Assembly (NCBI RefSeq): GCF_009914755.1
Contig: NC_060937.1
Origin: the human T2T-CHM13v2.0 reference genome, Homo sapiens
DNA length: 64,000 nucleotides
Reading direction: 5' to 3' (one strand)
Both the position numbers and the translations under genes were made by a program. Below are positions 51,571-64,000 of the stretch, piece by piece; position 1 is the stretch's first letter; each line of letters starts with the position of its first letter. A model generated the notes under the pieces. The model ran no database searches. It had not been told where the DNA came from and was given only the letters and a program-made list of their open reading frames with translations.

Positions 51571-53825
51571 AGGTCAAATAGGGCAGATGCTTCTGAAATA
51601 CTCCTTCAAGGCTATTTAGTATCTGACAAATGGAGCATTGTTACATTTATGGCTCTACTTCCTAGCATAGACATACAACATATACTGGGTGGATGGATGG
51701 ATAACTAGGCATACAGTCATACGTTTGAGGAAATAGAGTGTTCTTTGTATAATGGCACTCATAGATGTAAATAATCACAACCATAATAATATCAAATATT
51801 ATATATTACTCTGTGTCAAGCACTGTTCCCAATTCTTAACATTATTAATTCACTTCTCATATACTATGATTTAAGTTACTACTATTATCATTAGTATCTC
51901 TGCTCTACAGTTGAGAAGCTTATTGAGGGTCATGTAGCTACAGGTGGCCAGGATTTGAACCCATGTACTGTGGCTCCAGAGTTTGTGCTCCTACCTACTG
52001 CACTATAGTTTTCCCATGATCATGACATACTCATCATCATAAACCAATATCTATATATCTGTGTGACCATTTGGTTTGGGGTGATGGAGTGATAAAAGTG
52101 ATATTTGAATGAAATATGAAGACTATTGGTGAAAAATGCCACCTTAATCCTTGGAAGAGAAATTTACTTTTAGTATAATCCTATTGGGTGAATCTGAAGC
52201 ACAACTAGATTTTATCTCATATCTGAAAGGTATCTAAAATATCTAATTAGTGTACTTAAGTCCTATTAATCACACATCTTTGCAAGGTCTCAAGAGTCTC
52301 CTAAAATTTCATTGTTTGAAAGAAAAATTGGTAGTAGGCCACTCTTGAATATATGTGGGTTTATACTCATACCATTTTAGTTAAAGATTTTCAATTCATC
52401 CATGGCTAGGAAGTATAAAATATTTAGTATAACAGTATGTGTATTAGCTGGAATGAATTTCCTAAGTGTTAATTGTTAGCATTACTTTGCTCAGATGAAA
52501 GCCATTATTTACACTGCAGTGCCCCTAATGAATATAGGAAAAGATGACTTGTCAACAAAAATTATATGATTGGAGTTGTAGAGTCTGCTTCTTTTTCCAA
52601 AGCATACATGCCACCTTCTCTTTTTTCTCCCCGCCATAAAATCCAGCTCCTGTAGGACACCTTTTCTTCTGATGCCTCCATAGGAGACAACTCATGCTCA
52701 CCATCTCCACCTTTAAGAATTATTTCTGTAGTGAGTCACTATTACAGATAATAACCCATCTCCTGTTGGTCTGCTGAAACTGAAAAAGGGCTGAAAATTG
52801 TTAAACTTTTGCAGTGATATGTGTAATGACTATATGATTATCATGCCTCTTTTTATTCACAGCTTATCAAGTACCTACTTGACATGTAGAAAGGAAAAGA
52901 GTAAAGTTAAGAAAAGACAGTTTGTTTCTCCTGAAAGTTTAGAGTTGAAAGCGCATCTTTAACACATTCATACATACATCCAAGAAATTCAAATAAAATA
53001 ATCAAGCCAAATCACTGAAAGCTGAGAAAAGAGTTGAATGTTCAAGTGGCTACTTGAAGTCACTTCATGTGATGTATCATGTAATCCTGCAAAATGAGTG
53101 CTGTATTCCTGTTTTTCAAGTAATGAAACTGAGGTTCAGAGAGCAAAACGTTTCATTGCTAGTAAACTTCAAACTAGTAAACAAGAATTTGAGCTTATAT
53201 ATCTCTAATTCCAGGACCTGTGCTTTTATTGCTAATGGCTTTTTTAAAACTTGTTCTTCATGCTTTTTTTTATTGAGTGAATTAAGAGCAGGATAAATAA
53301 GAAAAATAGTATTTAGTAATGTATTGCTTAGGCATGAGTAACTTCCTATTTGAAAGAACTGTTGCGTAATCGCCGTTTTTTTTTCTTTCTTTTTAAATTT
53401 CTTCTCCCTGCATAGTTTCTGCATCTCCCAGATCGCCTTTTTGTTATTTTGTTTTGGCATATTTATATTAGGGACTTTCTGGAAATATTTGATTGCCACT
53501 CATATAAAAGAGTAAATCACTAAAAATTAGTTAGAAACTCTGAGCACCTGGATGAGGTTTGGGAACTTCATTGTATAGTTATTTGGTAGAGCAATTTCTT
53601 AAGAAACCCCCATTGCATATCTTTAGGTTTTTTATCCTGTTACTCAGTACCTCACTGCCCAAAGTACCTGGTATCGCCACTGCCACATCCTTTTGGTGGG
53701 TTAAAAGTTTATCTGGTTTGCCTGTTGGCTTTCCTTAATGCTGAGTTCCAATTCAGTTTTTTCTCACCTACTGAGTAGGTTACCATTTGTGTATCTGCCT
53801 TCCAAGCTTTCAAAATTTTGTATCT

Positions 53826-54000
53826 CCAGCCTGGACAACATAGGGAGACCCTGTCTCTACAAAAAAAATTTCAGAAAATTAGCTGGGCACCATGGCGCAT
53901 TCCTATAGTCCCAGCTACTCAGGAGGCTGCAGTGAGCCATGATTGTGCCACTGTGCTCCAGCACGGGTGACAGAGCAAGACCCTGTCTCTTAAAAAAAAA
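53826..54000 (+). mobile_element. truncated, internally deleted Alu
   Basis: ccagcctggacaacatagggagacc...caggaggctgcagtgagcc...A tail. Confidence 0.85.
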
Positions 54001-54197
54001 GTGTTGTATCTGAAAGGTTTATGTCTTTTAAAATAAGTCAGTTTATTGCCGTTTTAGTGGGGTTTTATGAGAGAGAGTTAATGTCTGCATTCATTTGGCA
54101 TCTTTAACCAATGTTGTTTATCTTCTGCAGATTCCATTTAATTTAGTTTGTTGTAGTTTTAGTCATCCAGAAGTTTCCAATTTATATGAATTCAGAT

Positions 54198-56432
54198 CTG
54201 TTCATATCCTTTGCCCACTTTTGAATGGAGTTGTTTGTTTTTTTCTTGTAAATTTAAGTTCCTTGTAGACTCTGGATGTTAGAACTTTGTCAGATGGATA
54301 GATTGCAAAAATTTTCTCCCATTCTGTAGGTTGTCTGTGCACTCTGATGATATATATATTTTTTTTTTTTTTGCTGTGCAGAAGCTGTTGAATTTAATTA
54401 GATCCCACTGTCAATTTCTGCTTTTGTTGTGATTGCTTTTGGTGTTTTCATCATGAAATCTTTCCCCATGCCTATGTCCCGAATGGTATTGCCTAGATTT
54501 TCTTCTAGGATTTTTAGAGTTTTCGGTTTTACATTTAAGTCTTTAATTCATCTTGAGTTAATTTTTGTATAAGGTTTACAGAAGGGGTCTAGTTTCAATT
54601 TTCTGCATATGACTAGCCAATTCTCCGAGGACCATTTATTTATTTAATAGGGAATTTATTTAGGACCATTTATTTAATAGGGAATGCTTTCTCCATTGCT
54701 TGTTTTTGTCAGGTTTGTCAAAGATCAGATGGTTGTAGGTGTGTGGTCTTATTTCTGAGTCCTCTACTCTGTTCCATTCGTCTGTGTGTCTGCTTTTGTA
54801 CTAATACCATGCTGTTTTGGTTACTGTAGCCTTGTAGTATAGTTTGAAGTCAGGTAGTGTGATGTCTCCAGCTTTGTTCTTTTTGCTTAGGATTGTCTTG
54901 GATATTTGCGCTCTTTTTTGATTCCATATGAATTTTATGAATTTTGGTTCCATGTGAATTAGTTTTTTCTAATTCTGTGAAGAAAGTCAATGGTAGTTTA
55001 ATGGGAATAGCATTGAATCTATAAATAACTTTGGGCTGTATGGTCAGTCTTACAATATTGATTCTTTCTATCCATAAGCATGGAATGTTTTTCCATTTGT
55101 TTGTGTCCTCTTTGATTTCTTTGAGCAGTGGTTTGTGGTTGTTGAAGAGGCCCGTCACTTCCCTTGTTAGCTGTATTCCTAGGTATTTTATTCATTTTGT
55201 AGCAATTGTGAATTGGAGTTCATTCATGATTTGGCTCTTTGCTTGCTTATTGTTGGTGTATAGGAATGCTAGCGATTATTGCACATTGATTTTGTATCTG
55301 AGAGTTTGCTGAAGTTGCTTATCAGCTTAAGAATGTTTTGGGTTAAGATGATAATTTGACCTCCTCTCTTCCTATATGAATATCTTTGTTTCTTTCTCTT
55401 GCCTGATTGCCCTGGCCAGATCTTCCAATACTATGTTGAATAGGATTGGTGAGAGAGAGTATCCTTGTCTTGTGCTGGTTTTCAAGGGGAATGCTTCCAG
55501 CTTTTCCCCATTCAGTATTATGTTGGCTGTGGATTTGTCATAGATGGCTCTTTGAGATACATTCCTTGAATACCTAGTTTGTTCAGAGTTTTTAACATTA
55601 TGTTGAATTTTATCAAAGGCCTCTTCTGCAACCACAGATAATCATGTGGTTTTTGTCTTTAATTCTGTTTATGTGATGAATCACATTTATTGGTTTGCAT
55701 ATGTTGAACCAGCCTTGCATTCTGGGGATGAAGCCAGCTTGATCATGGTAGATAAGCTTTTTGGTGTGTGCTGGATTTGGTTTGCCAGTATTTTATTGTG
55801 GATTTTTGCATTGCTGTTCATCAGAGATATTGGCCTGAAGTTTTCTTTTTTTGTTGTATCTCTGTTAGGTTTTGCTATCAGGATGATGCTGGCCTCATAA
55901 AATAAGTTAGGGAGGAGTCCCTTCCTTTCAATTTTTTAGAATAGTTTCAGTAGAAATTTGTACCTCTGGTAGAATTCAGTTGTGAATGCATCTGATCCTG
56001 GGATTTTTTTTTTTTTTTGGTTGGTAGGCTATTTATTACTGCCTCAATTTCAGAACATGTTATTGGTCTACTTAGGGATTTGATTTCTTCCTAGTTCAGT
56101 CTTGGGAGGGTGTATGTGTTCAGGAATGTATTCATTTCTTCTAGATTTTTTAGTTTATGTGCATAGAGGTGTTTATAGTATTTTCTGATGGTTGTTTGTA
56201 TTTCTTTGGGGTAAGGGTGGTATCTCCCTTGTCATTTCTGATTGCGTTTATTCCATTCTTCTTTCTTTCCTTCTATATTAGTCTAGCTAGTGGTCTATTT
56301 TATTAATTTTTTCAAAAAATAAGCTCCTGGATTCATTGATTTTTTAAGGGTTTTTTGTGTCTCTGTCTCCTTCAGTTCTGCTCTGATCTTGGTTATTTTT
56401 TGTCTTCTGCTAGCTTTGGGGTTTGTTTGCTC
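54198..56432 (-). mobile_element. primate LINE-1 ORF2 fragment, antisense to RB1
   Basis: minus-strand ORF2 peptides ([23 protein letters not shown]; [13 protein letters not shown]). Confidence 0.93.
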
Positions 56433-57256
56433 TTTGAACTGGTTTTAGTATCAATATTGTACTAGCTTCATAAAATGAGATGAGGAATGTTTCTAGTTTT
56501 TCCATTCCAGGAAGAAAATCTGAGTAAAAGTGGAATTATCTGTCCCTTGAATGTTTGGTAGAATTTACTGGTAAAACCAAATGAGCTTGATGTTTTATTT
56601 ATGGGAAGATTTTAAATTATTGATTCAAATTATTTAATAGTTGCAGGACTATGTAAGTTATTTTATTTCTTTTTTATTGAGTTTTGGTAATTTGTATTTT
56701 TGTAGTAATTTTCCACTTGGTCTACGTTTTCCAATTTATTGATATAAAATTATTCATAATAATTCCCTATTATCTTTTTAATCTTTGTGATTTTGTCCCA
56801 TTTTTCATACCTAATACTGCCTATCTATCTCTTTTCTTTATCTTGATCAATCTGACTGGAGATTTGTTAGTTATTTCAAAGAATCCATTTTTGGCTTTGT
56901 TGACCAAACTGTGTTTTATCTTTGTTTTCAGTTTCATTAAGTTCTGCTCATGTCTTCATTTCTTTCTCTCCACTTTCTTTGTTTTTTTTCTGTCTTTCCT
57001 CCTAACTTCTAACTTATTTTCTAATATAAGCGTTGAAGGTTATACATTTTTCTACTTTTTTGTGTGTGGGAAGTACAAAAATTGTCAATTGGGAATTTCG
57101 AAGTAGAGAAAAATATTTCATTCTGACTTTTAAATTGCCACTGTCAATTGTGCCTAAAATTCATAGTACTTACCATGTCAAACAATATGATTTTGATATG
57201 TACCTGGGAAAATTATGCTTACTAATGTGGTTTTAATTTCATCATGTTTCATATAG

Positions 57257-57376
<120 letters not shown>

Positions 57377-57856
57377 TAAGCAAAATATATGTTATGTTGA
57401 CCATTCAAACTGCAAATAGATTTTAAGCATAAGTGCAATGTAACATTCTATAAAGAAACTGTAGGGAATAGAATTTTGAATAAGAATAGTTTCTGTTTTT
57501 AAGAAATTAGTAATAAAAGGTACATGACCCAAATAAAGTCATATAAAAGAGTACAGAGTGCTACTGAATCACCTAGGATTTGCATAATGAGAGCAGTTTT
57601 CATGGCAGAGTTGGCAGTTTAGGTGGAATAGGATTTCAATGTGGAAACTGGAGAGAATAGAGGAGACAGAGGAGTGTGTTCCAAGAGTCAGAATGGCATT
57701 AACTCAAAAATGTCAAAGGAAGCAGAAAACATTTTTCAGAGTGTGCAGGTCAGTCCATTTGGAGTGAAGCATAGGATAAGTGTAGGGAGAAGTATGGGAT
57801 GTGGACTAACACACAGTTGATTAGTGTGTGCTGGTGATGACGATGGGAAAAGAAAA

Positions 57857-58284
57857 TGTAAACCCAAATGTATCTGAAACAGGTCTCAATCAATGTAGTA
57901 GTTTATTTTGCCAAAGTTAAGGACGTGCCCAGGAGAGAGATCTGTGCCTTTCTCCAGTGATGATTTTGAGGGCTCCAATATTTAAATGGGAAAGTCAGTC
58001 TGGAGGGGAAAGAAAAAGGGTATGGTAATCCACATGTTGCAAGAGAAAAAGAGCAGGTAGAGGAATCGTCAATTATCTATCCATCTCATGCTGAGTGAAT
58101 CGACATTTTACATAAGATAAGGTGAACATAGAGTCACTGTCTGTGGAGGTATTTAACCTTTTATCTGTATTTATTTGTGTGGGAACAAAAGGAAAGGCAG
58201 TTTCTTGCATGACTCAGATTTCAGCTTAATTTTTTCCTTTTGGCATAGTGAATTGGGGTCCCAAGTGTTTATTTTCCTTTCACA
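57857..58284 (-). mobile_element. MER4-family solo LTR
   Basis: tgtaaaccc..gtatctga.acaggtctcaatcaat ... ttttcctttcaca with TG/CA termini. Confidence 0.75.
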
Positions 58285-58749
58285 AAAGCAATCACTAACT
58301 GTGTGCTGGGCAATGGCCTAAGTACTTAAGATTTATTTTTTCATTTAATCTTCATAACAGCCCATAAGGTAACAGATACTGCTGTCAGCCTGTTAACTAT
58401 AAAATAGGAATTAGAGAAATAAGATAACTTGCCTAAGGTCAATAGAATTCAAACCCAAGCTATCTAATCCCAAAGTCTAGGCTCTTAATCACTCTAACTA
58501 CATTGCCTTTCACAGAAATGTGCCTAATATTTTGTTTCTGTTTAATTCTGTGTAGGAACTGACATTACAGTATTCTGTATTAGTGCAGGGGCCATTTTCC
58601 AGAGATGTCATTTTCATGCTAACTTGTACCCAAAGTGTTTCTGGCATATGGAGACCCTGCCTTCATGTATACATTTGTTTCCTAAGTAATGCATTGTATA
58701 AATAAGTTAAGCCTTGTTTTTTTAAAATTCAAGAAGCAGTCATCTGTAA

Positions 58750-59620
58750 ACTGCCAGGAAGTGGTGTAGGCACTGGGAATACAGAAGTAAGATGGCCTGG
58801 GTCCTTCCCCTCATAGAGCTTACATTCTGGAGGAGGAACACAGGCAATGAACAAGTAAACCAAGATGTAAGATGATTTTAGAGTATAATAAGTGCTACAA
58901 AGGAAATAAACAGAGTGGTGTGAAAGAGAGAAACGGAGAGGCTGATAGAATGCTTAGTGGCACTTTCCTTTCTCTGATAAAGTGATATTTTGACGTCACA
59001 CCTGAAGGGCAAGCTGATGCTAGCTAGGCAAAAACCTGCATGATGTGCATTCCAGGCAGAACAAACAGCAAGTGCAGTGGCTGTAGGGCAGATCAAACTT
59101 AGCTGGATTTAGGAACAGAAAGAAAGAAATCCTAGTGTGGCTGGGGTATTGGAAGAGGAGAATGGTGCAAGATGAGACTGAAGAGCTAAGCTGGGGTAGA
59201 TCTTGTAGAGATCTCCACTCTCTAGCTGCTATCTGAAGTACAGGTGGGTTTGGAGGAAAGGGACAGGGCAAGGCAAAAAGCGAGGAAACCAATTTGGAGA
59301 CTATTTCTGTAGTTCAGATGAGGGATGTAGGTGACTTGGTCTAAGGTATGGTATTAGAAATAGAAATGGAGAGATCTGGGGTGTATTTAGAGATAAATTA
59401 ATAGGTTTTACATTGGTTTTATGTTGGATTTCAGGAATTTGGAAAATGGAGAAATTAAAAATAACCCTAGGTTTTTGACTTAAGACACTAGATGTAATGT
59501 GGAGCTATTCTTTGAGATGGGAAAATAAATCCAGAGCTCTGCTTTGTTCTTATTAAGTCTGAGATTCGAGTAGTTATATCCGGTAGGTAATTGGAGATTT
59601 ACACCTAGAACTTCAGAGAC
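58750..59620. mobile_element. L2 fragment
   Basis: ggcactgggaatacag..cccctcatagagcttacattct; ccaggcagaacaaacagcaagtgca. Confidence 0.6.
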
Positions 59621-60414
59621 TAACTTTGCCCAAGTTAGGCCAGTTTACGATACTGTCAGTGAACTGAATGAAAATCCAAAGTGGATACTAGACCAGACAC
59701 TGGTCCTTCTAAAATCATTGTGATAATGGGTCGCTTTTCTTAGTGTACTGGTTAATATACTACGTGTTGTAGAAACATCCATAGTAAGGTACAAATTCTA
59801 CTTCCTGTTCTCTTTGTTCTTAAAGTTTGTCTTTAAAAATAAGTTCATTTGCCAGCTACCAAAAGAAAATCAGAAAGTAGATCTAGATTATTCTGTTAAA
59901 TAGGGGCAGCACAGAATGATAATATTTGTAATATCTCTGCCTTGAGTTATGCCTGACATATTTAGTATGGTGTAAATCTGTCTGAATAATGTTATTTGAA
60001 GTATTAATTCATAGAATTCTGTACTGTGTAATTTAGGTGTGTGTAAATCTGTGTGTATAACTGAAATCTTAGATATGAACCATAGTTATCGCTAAAAAAA
60101 TTTTTAGAAGGAGAATCACAAAAACAAGATAACAGTATTTAATATCAATAAATTGTTTTTTAAGCTGGAATCACCTTATGGTCTCAATACCACTATAATT
60201 ATTAAAATTGTACATTATACATATATAGCTATTTTTTTCTAATAAGGCAGTAATCCCCAGGAAAAGCCATTTATTAAAATAGAATTAGATATGATGATGA
60301 CAAGCAGTTTTCCTATTAATATATCTTTCCCAGCTTGCATTTAAATAGTCTGCTATAATACCAATTAAATAGACAAGATGTATCTGGGTGTACAACCTTG
60401 AAGTGTATGTATAA

Positions 60415-60615
<201 letters not shown>

Positions 60616-60639
60616 TAGTAGATGATTATTTTCAAGAGC

Positions 60640-60763
60640 ATGGACTCTGAAACTAGGCTGACTGGGTTCAAATCATGTTTCTTCTACTTTCTAGGTACAT
60701 TACTGGGCAAGTCACTTAATATCTCTGTGTCTCAGTTTCCTCATCTATAAAATGGAAATGATA
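60640..60763. mobile_element. MIR, cut by the adjacent LTR
   Basis: gggcaagtcacttaatatctctgtgtctcagtttcctcatctataaaatgg. Confidence 0.8.
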
Positions 60764-62450
60764 ATGTTGCGAGATCTTTCTTGACTATTCAGAGTCGTTT
60801 TTCTGGCCGGAAACCTCTGTGACCGGTGGCGCCCTTGATCAATTTTTGCTCAGGCCCACCGGGCTCATTTCAGCCCCTTGGTCTGACAGGCTGCACTCGG
60901 CTCACACTACCGGCCTGGGTCCATGCCAGCCAGGAGCAAGTCAGACATGGAACGGAGAGGGGTGTGTGGGCAAGCATGAGATCTGGCCATTGCCCACAGT
61001 CAGAAATGCTGGCTGCTGCAGCGGGGCGGGCAGCTCCAGGTGCTGGCACAGGTGCCAACTCTCTGTGAGGCTGCACCTGGACCAGACACACCACAAGCGG
61101 TTTCCACAGCTGGCACTGGGGAACAATAAAATGGCTCCCAGAAGCTTGGAGACGCCAGAAACCACAGGGCCCCAAAGAGGGAGTCACAGCCCTGGCTCAA
61201 GGAGCTCCCAATTCTGGGCTCCCCGAAGGGCCGCAGCTCTTCTCTCTTCTTTACCCACAACATGGCGAGCAAGGGGCATGTTTCAGCCCTGTTTGTGTTA
61301 CAGCCCTTTCAGCCTCGCCATTTGGTGGGTCCTGAGTTCTTGTCCTGCAGCCAGGAAGAATGAGGTACACAGACAAGTGGAGGGTGAGCAAGATGAAGAG
61401 GAGATTTATTGAGCAATAGAACAGCTTAGAGAAGACCCATAGTGGGCAGCTCCTCTCTGTAACCACAAAGTCCCGATGAGTGTTCAGCTCCTAGCAGAGA
61501 AGGTAGCTCCTCTCTGCAGGCAGGTCGTCCCAACAAGTGTTCAGTTCTCAGCAGAAAGGGTAGCTCCTCTCTGCAGCTGCTCGTCCTGACAAGTGTTCAG
61601 CTATCAGTAGAGAGGGTAGTTCCTCTCTGCAGCTAGTTGTCTCTCCATCCTCTGCTCTGCTCTGCCTGAGACTCGGGCTTCTGTGGGCCTCAGCGGGAAG
61701 AAAGTGTGCACCGATTGGTACATGGGCGGCCACTAGTGGGCCCAGAAAAGGTACCACAAGTCCTCACTCCTGTCCGTGGGACTGGCAGCGCCCACCCCCA
61801 GCCTTCAGGCGCTCCCTGGCCTGAAGGTGGGGCCTCAACAGGGACTCATCCTCTACTGCTCAGGAGCCCATCTGCCTCCTGCCGCCATCCATGCGTCAAG
61901 GGGCACCTGTAGGCCAGTGCCAAGCTGCCCTCAGCCCCCGCCTCGGCTTCCCCCCCGTGTTCGTCAGCGCCCAAAGTCTGGAGAGGGCTGAGGCGGCAGG
62001 GGGCTGGCGTGTCAGCGCTGCCTTGAGCGTGCGCACATCTGGCTGGGCTGCAGCAGCACCCAGGCTCAGCCCTGACTTTGCTCCGAGATTGGAGTGGGCG
62101 CTGGCAGCAGGGAGAAACCAGGCAGTGGGAGCAGGCACTTCTGAGCCTGCGAGGGCGGTGGCAGTTGGGGGGTGCCTTCCCCGGCCCCCAAGTATACAGA
62201 GATGCCTGGGTCCACAGCCACGGTTTGGGTAGCTGCAGCTGCACTGGGGAGGGTGGGACTCCTACCTGCTCCCCAGCCCAGAGAGCACAGGGATGCCTGG
62301 GTCCGCAGCGGTGGCTTGGGCGGCTGCAGAAGCACTGGGGAGCTCCTGTCCCAACTCGGAAGGGGCGGGGTTCCTGCTTGTCCCCGGCTCCTCCGGGCTT
62401 CCTGGAGCGTGCCGCCCCATCCACGCCTCTCTGCTGCAGCAGGTGTGATG
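60764..62450 (-). mobile_element. MER52-type GC-rich LTR
   Basis: ttttctggccggaaacctctgtgaccggtggcgcc; internal ~57-bp repeats; GC-rich block. Confidence 0.72.
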
Positions 62451-62756
62451 TACATACAAAAGTAGTGTGTTGTTGCCTACTGCAGACACATTTCCTGGAT
62501 ATTTTCAGGACATTTAAGAAGGCCAGTAACCAGGTCATGTAGCATTCTCTGAGTGTGTATATATATGGTGGGGTGGGGAGGTTGATTTGAGTGTCTGTGC
62601 ATGCGTATATACTTCCTAGTGCATATCCACTTGGAGCTCTTTGAAAGACAGTAAAAGGTCATGTTCCTCCATGATAATCTTTTTCCTGATTTTATTCAAG
62701 TAAGAATTATGCTGAGCTTTACAGGCATATTGTCAGATATTATCCTTAGGTTAGAG

Positions 62757-62940
62757 CAGTGGTTTTCAAAGTGTCGTTCCCAACCAGCAGAATCCACATC
62801 ACCTGGAAATTGTAGAAATGAGAATTCTGGGGCTCCAGCCTAGACCTGCTCAATCAGAAACTCTTAAGATAGGGCCCTCAAAACCTTGTTTTAACAACCC
62901 TCCAGCTAAGTCTGATGTATGCTAAAGTTTAAGACCACTG
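62757..62940. mobile_element. MER5A-like hAT MITE
   Basis: TIRs cagtggttttcaaa ... tttaagaccactg. Confidence 0.8.
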
Positions 62941-63513
62941 AGATAAATTGTTAGCTTTAAAAATTTCAAATTACCTCATGCAAGTCGTTGAAAGAGATAT
63001 ATAAAAGGTCTTTATATGATATTTAAAGTAGATGAAGGAAAATTCAATTTTATGGATTCCTTTTTGCCAAATTTGCATTTTCAGTAGTATTTTTTATAAA
63101 CTAAATAAATTACATATTGCAGTCATTTTACATATAGGTAATCTACAAGTTTACCATTTTTCAACAGAGTATGTTCCATTGGTATTTTATAGAGAAATGT
63201 GTGGTTTAATTTTTTTAGGATTGGAAAAATTCATAGACACTGGCAATTATATAATTTAAAAAAATGATTATTCCTCTTTAATATTGATAGTGGGAATGAC
63301 CAGTGGTGAGTGATTATTAATAGAATTGAAACAAACCCTATTGGGTTTGTCTAATTTTACAGTGTCTTATGACCTTTCCTCCACTACTTCCCACCTCTGC
63401 CCCAATTTCATGCCATAATAGTTAATTCAGCAAGTATCATTCTGCCTTATATGTACCTAGAAATGTGCTAACACAAGGAATCAATTATTTTTAAGGAAAA
63501 TAGTGGTAGAAAA

Positions 63514-63814
63514 ATCTTAAACATCACCACTAAAGAACTTATTCATGTAACCAAACACCACCTGTTCCCCCAAACACCTATTTTTTAAAAAAACTCATGC
63601 CTACATAATGAAGCCTCCATAAAAACTCAAAAGGACCTGGTTCTGGGAGCTTCTGGATATTTGCCCAACTGGAGGTTCCTGGAGAATAGCATGCCTGGGG
63701 AGGGCAAGGAAAATCCATGCCCCTTCTCACATGCCTTGCCCTCTGCATTTCTTCATCTGTATCCCTTGTAATATGCCTCATAATAAACCAGTAAACATGT
63801 TTCTCTGGGGGAAA
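63514..63814 (+). mobile_element. composite insertion: L1 3' end plus MER21-type LTR fragment, flanked by TSD
   Basis: caccactaaagaacttattcatgtaaccaaacaccacctgttcccc (L1PB/L1MA 3' end) then ctcatgcctacataatgaagcctccataaaaac...aataaa. Confidence 0.75.
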
Positions 63815-63953
63815 GAAAAGAGTGGTAGAAAAGAGGTTTCTGTTAAAATGCTACTTAACAGCATTATAATTAGAGCAATTTCATGATTTGAAAAAAATCT
63901 ACTTGTAATTCAAAATGAACAGTAAAAATGACTAATTTTTCTTATTCCCACAG

Positions 63954-64000
63954 TGTATCGGCTAGCCTATCTCCGGCTAAATACACTTTGTGAACGCCTT
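63954..64000 (+). CDS. RB1: RB1 exon 20, partial (VYRLAYLRLNTLCERL), start of pocket B box
   Basis: tttttcttattcccacAG|TGTATCGG; in frame after exon 19; runs off the window. Confidence 0.97.

Noticed and set aside
60819-62542. Cluster of 70-230 aa ORFs on both strands
   Set aside because: Expected in GC-rich LTR sequence; no recognisable domains

Overview
AT-rich, repeat-dense primate (almost certainly human) genomic DNA from the RB1 locus. It covers the 3' ~57 kb of the large RB1 intron 17, RB1 exons 18 (57257-57375) and 19 (60468-60613), and the start of exon 20 (63954-end), all on the + strand. The intronless CDS of the nested antisense GPCR gene LPAR6/P2RY5 lies at 15710-16744 on the - strand. 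The remainder is mostly transposable elements: two same-orientation L1PA copies flanking LPAR6, an inverted L1 fragment, many Alus, several solo LTRs, a tailless 7SL retropseudogene and a 25 x 53-bp VNTR. The most interesting pattern is an apparently transposon-built upstream transcription unit for LPAR6. A MER21-type LTR and an MST LTR both point toward LPAR6 and carry TATA-like boxes and splice donors. A candidate Alu-derived exon and a unique-sequence exon follow downstream. The VNTR sits in the MST LTR U3 and creates 24 CGAGTCA motifs, which are methylation-dependent AP-1 sites. Near exon 20 there is also a TSD-flanked L1 3'-transduction of an LTR fragment. Repeat subfamily names and most repeat boundaries were assigned by eye and are approximate; all promoter and exon use is inferred, not shown.
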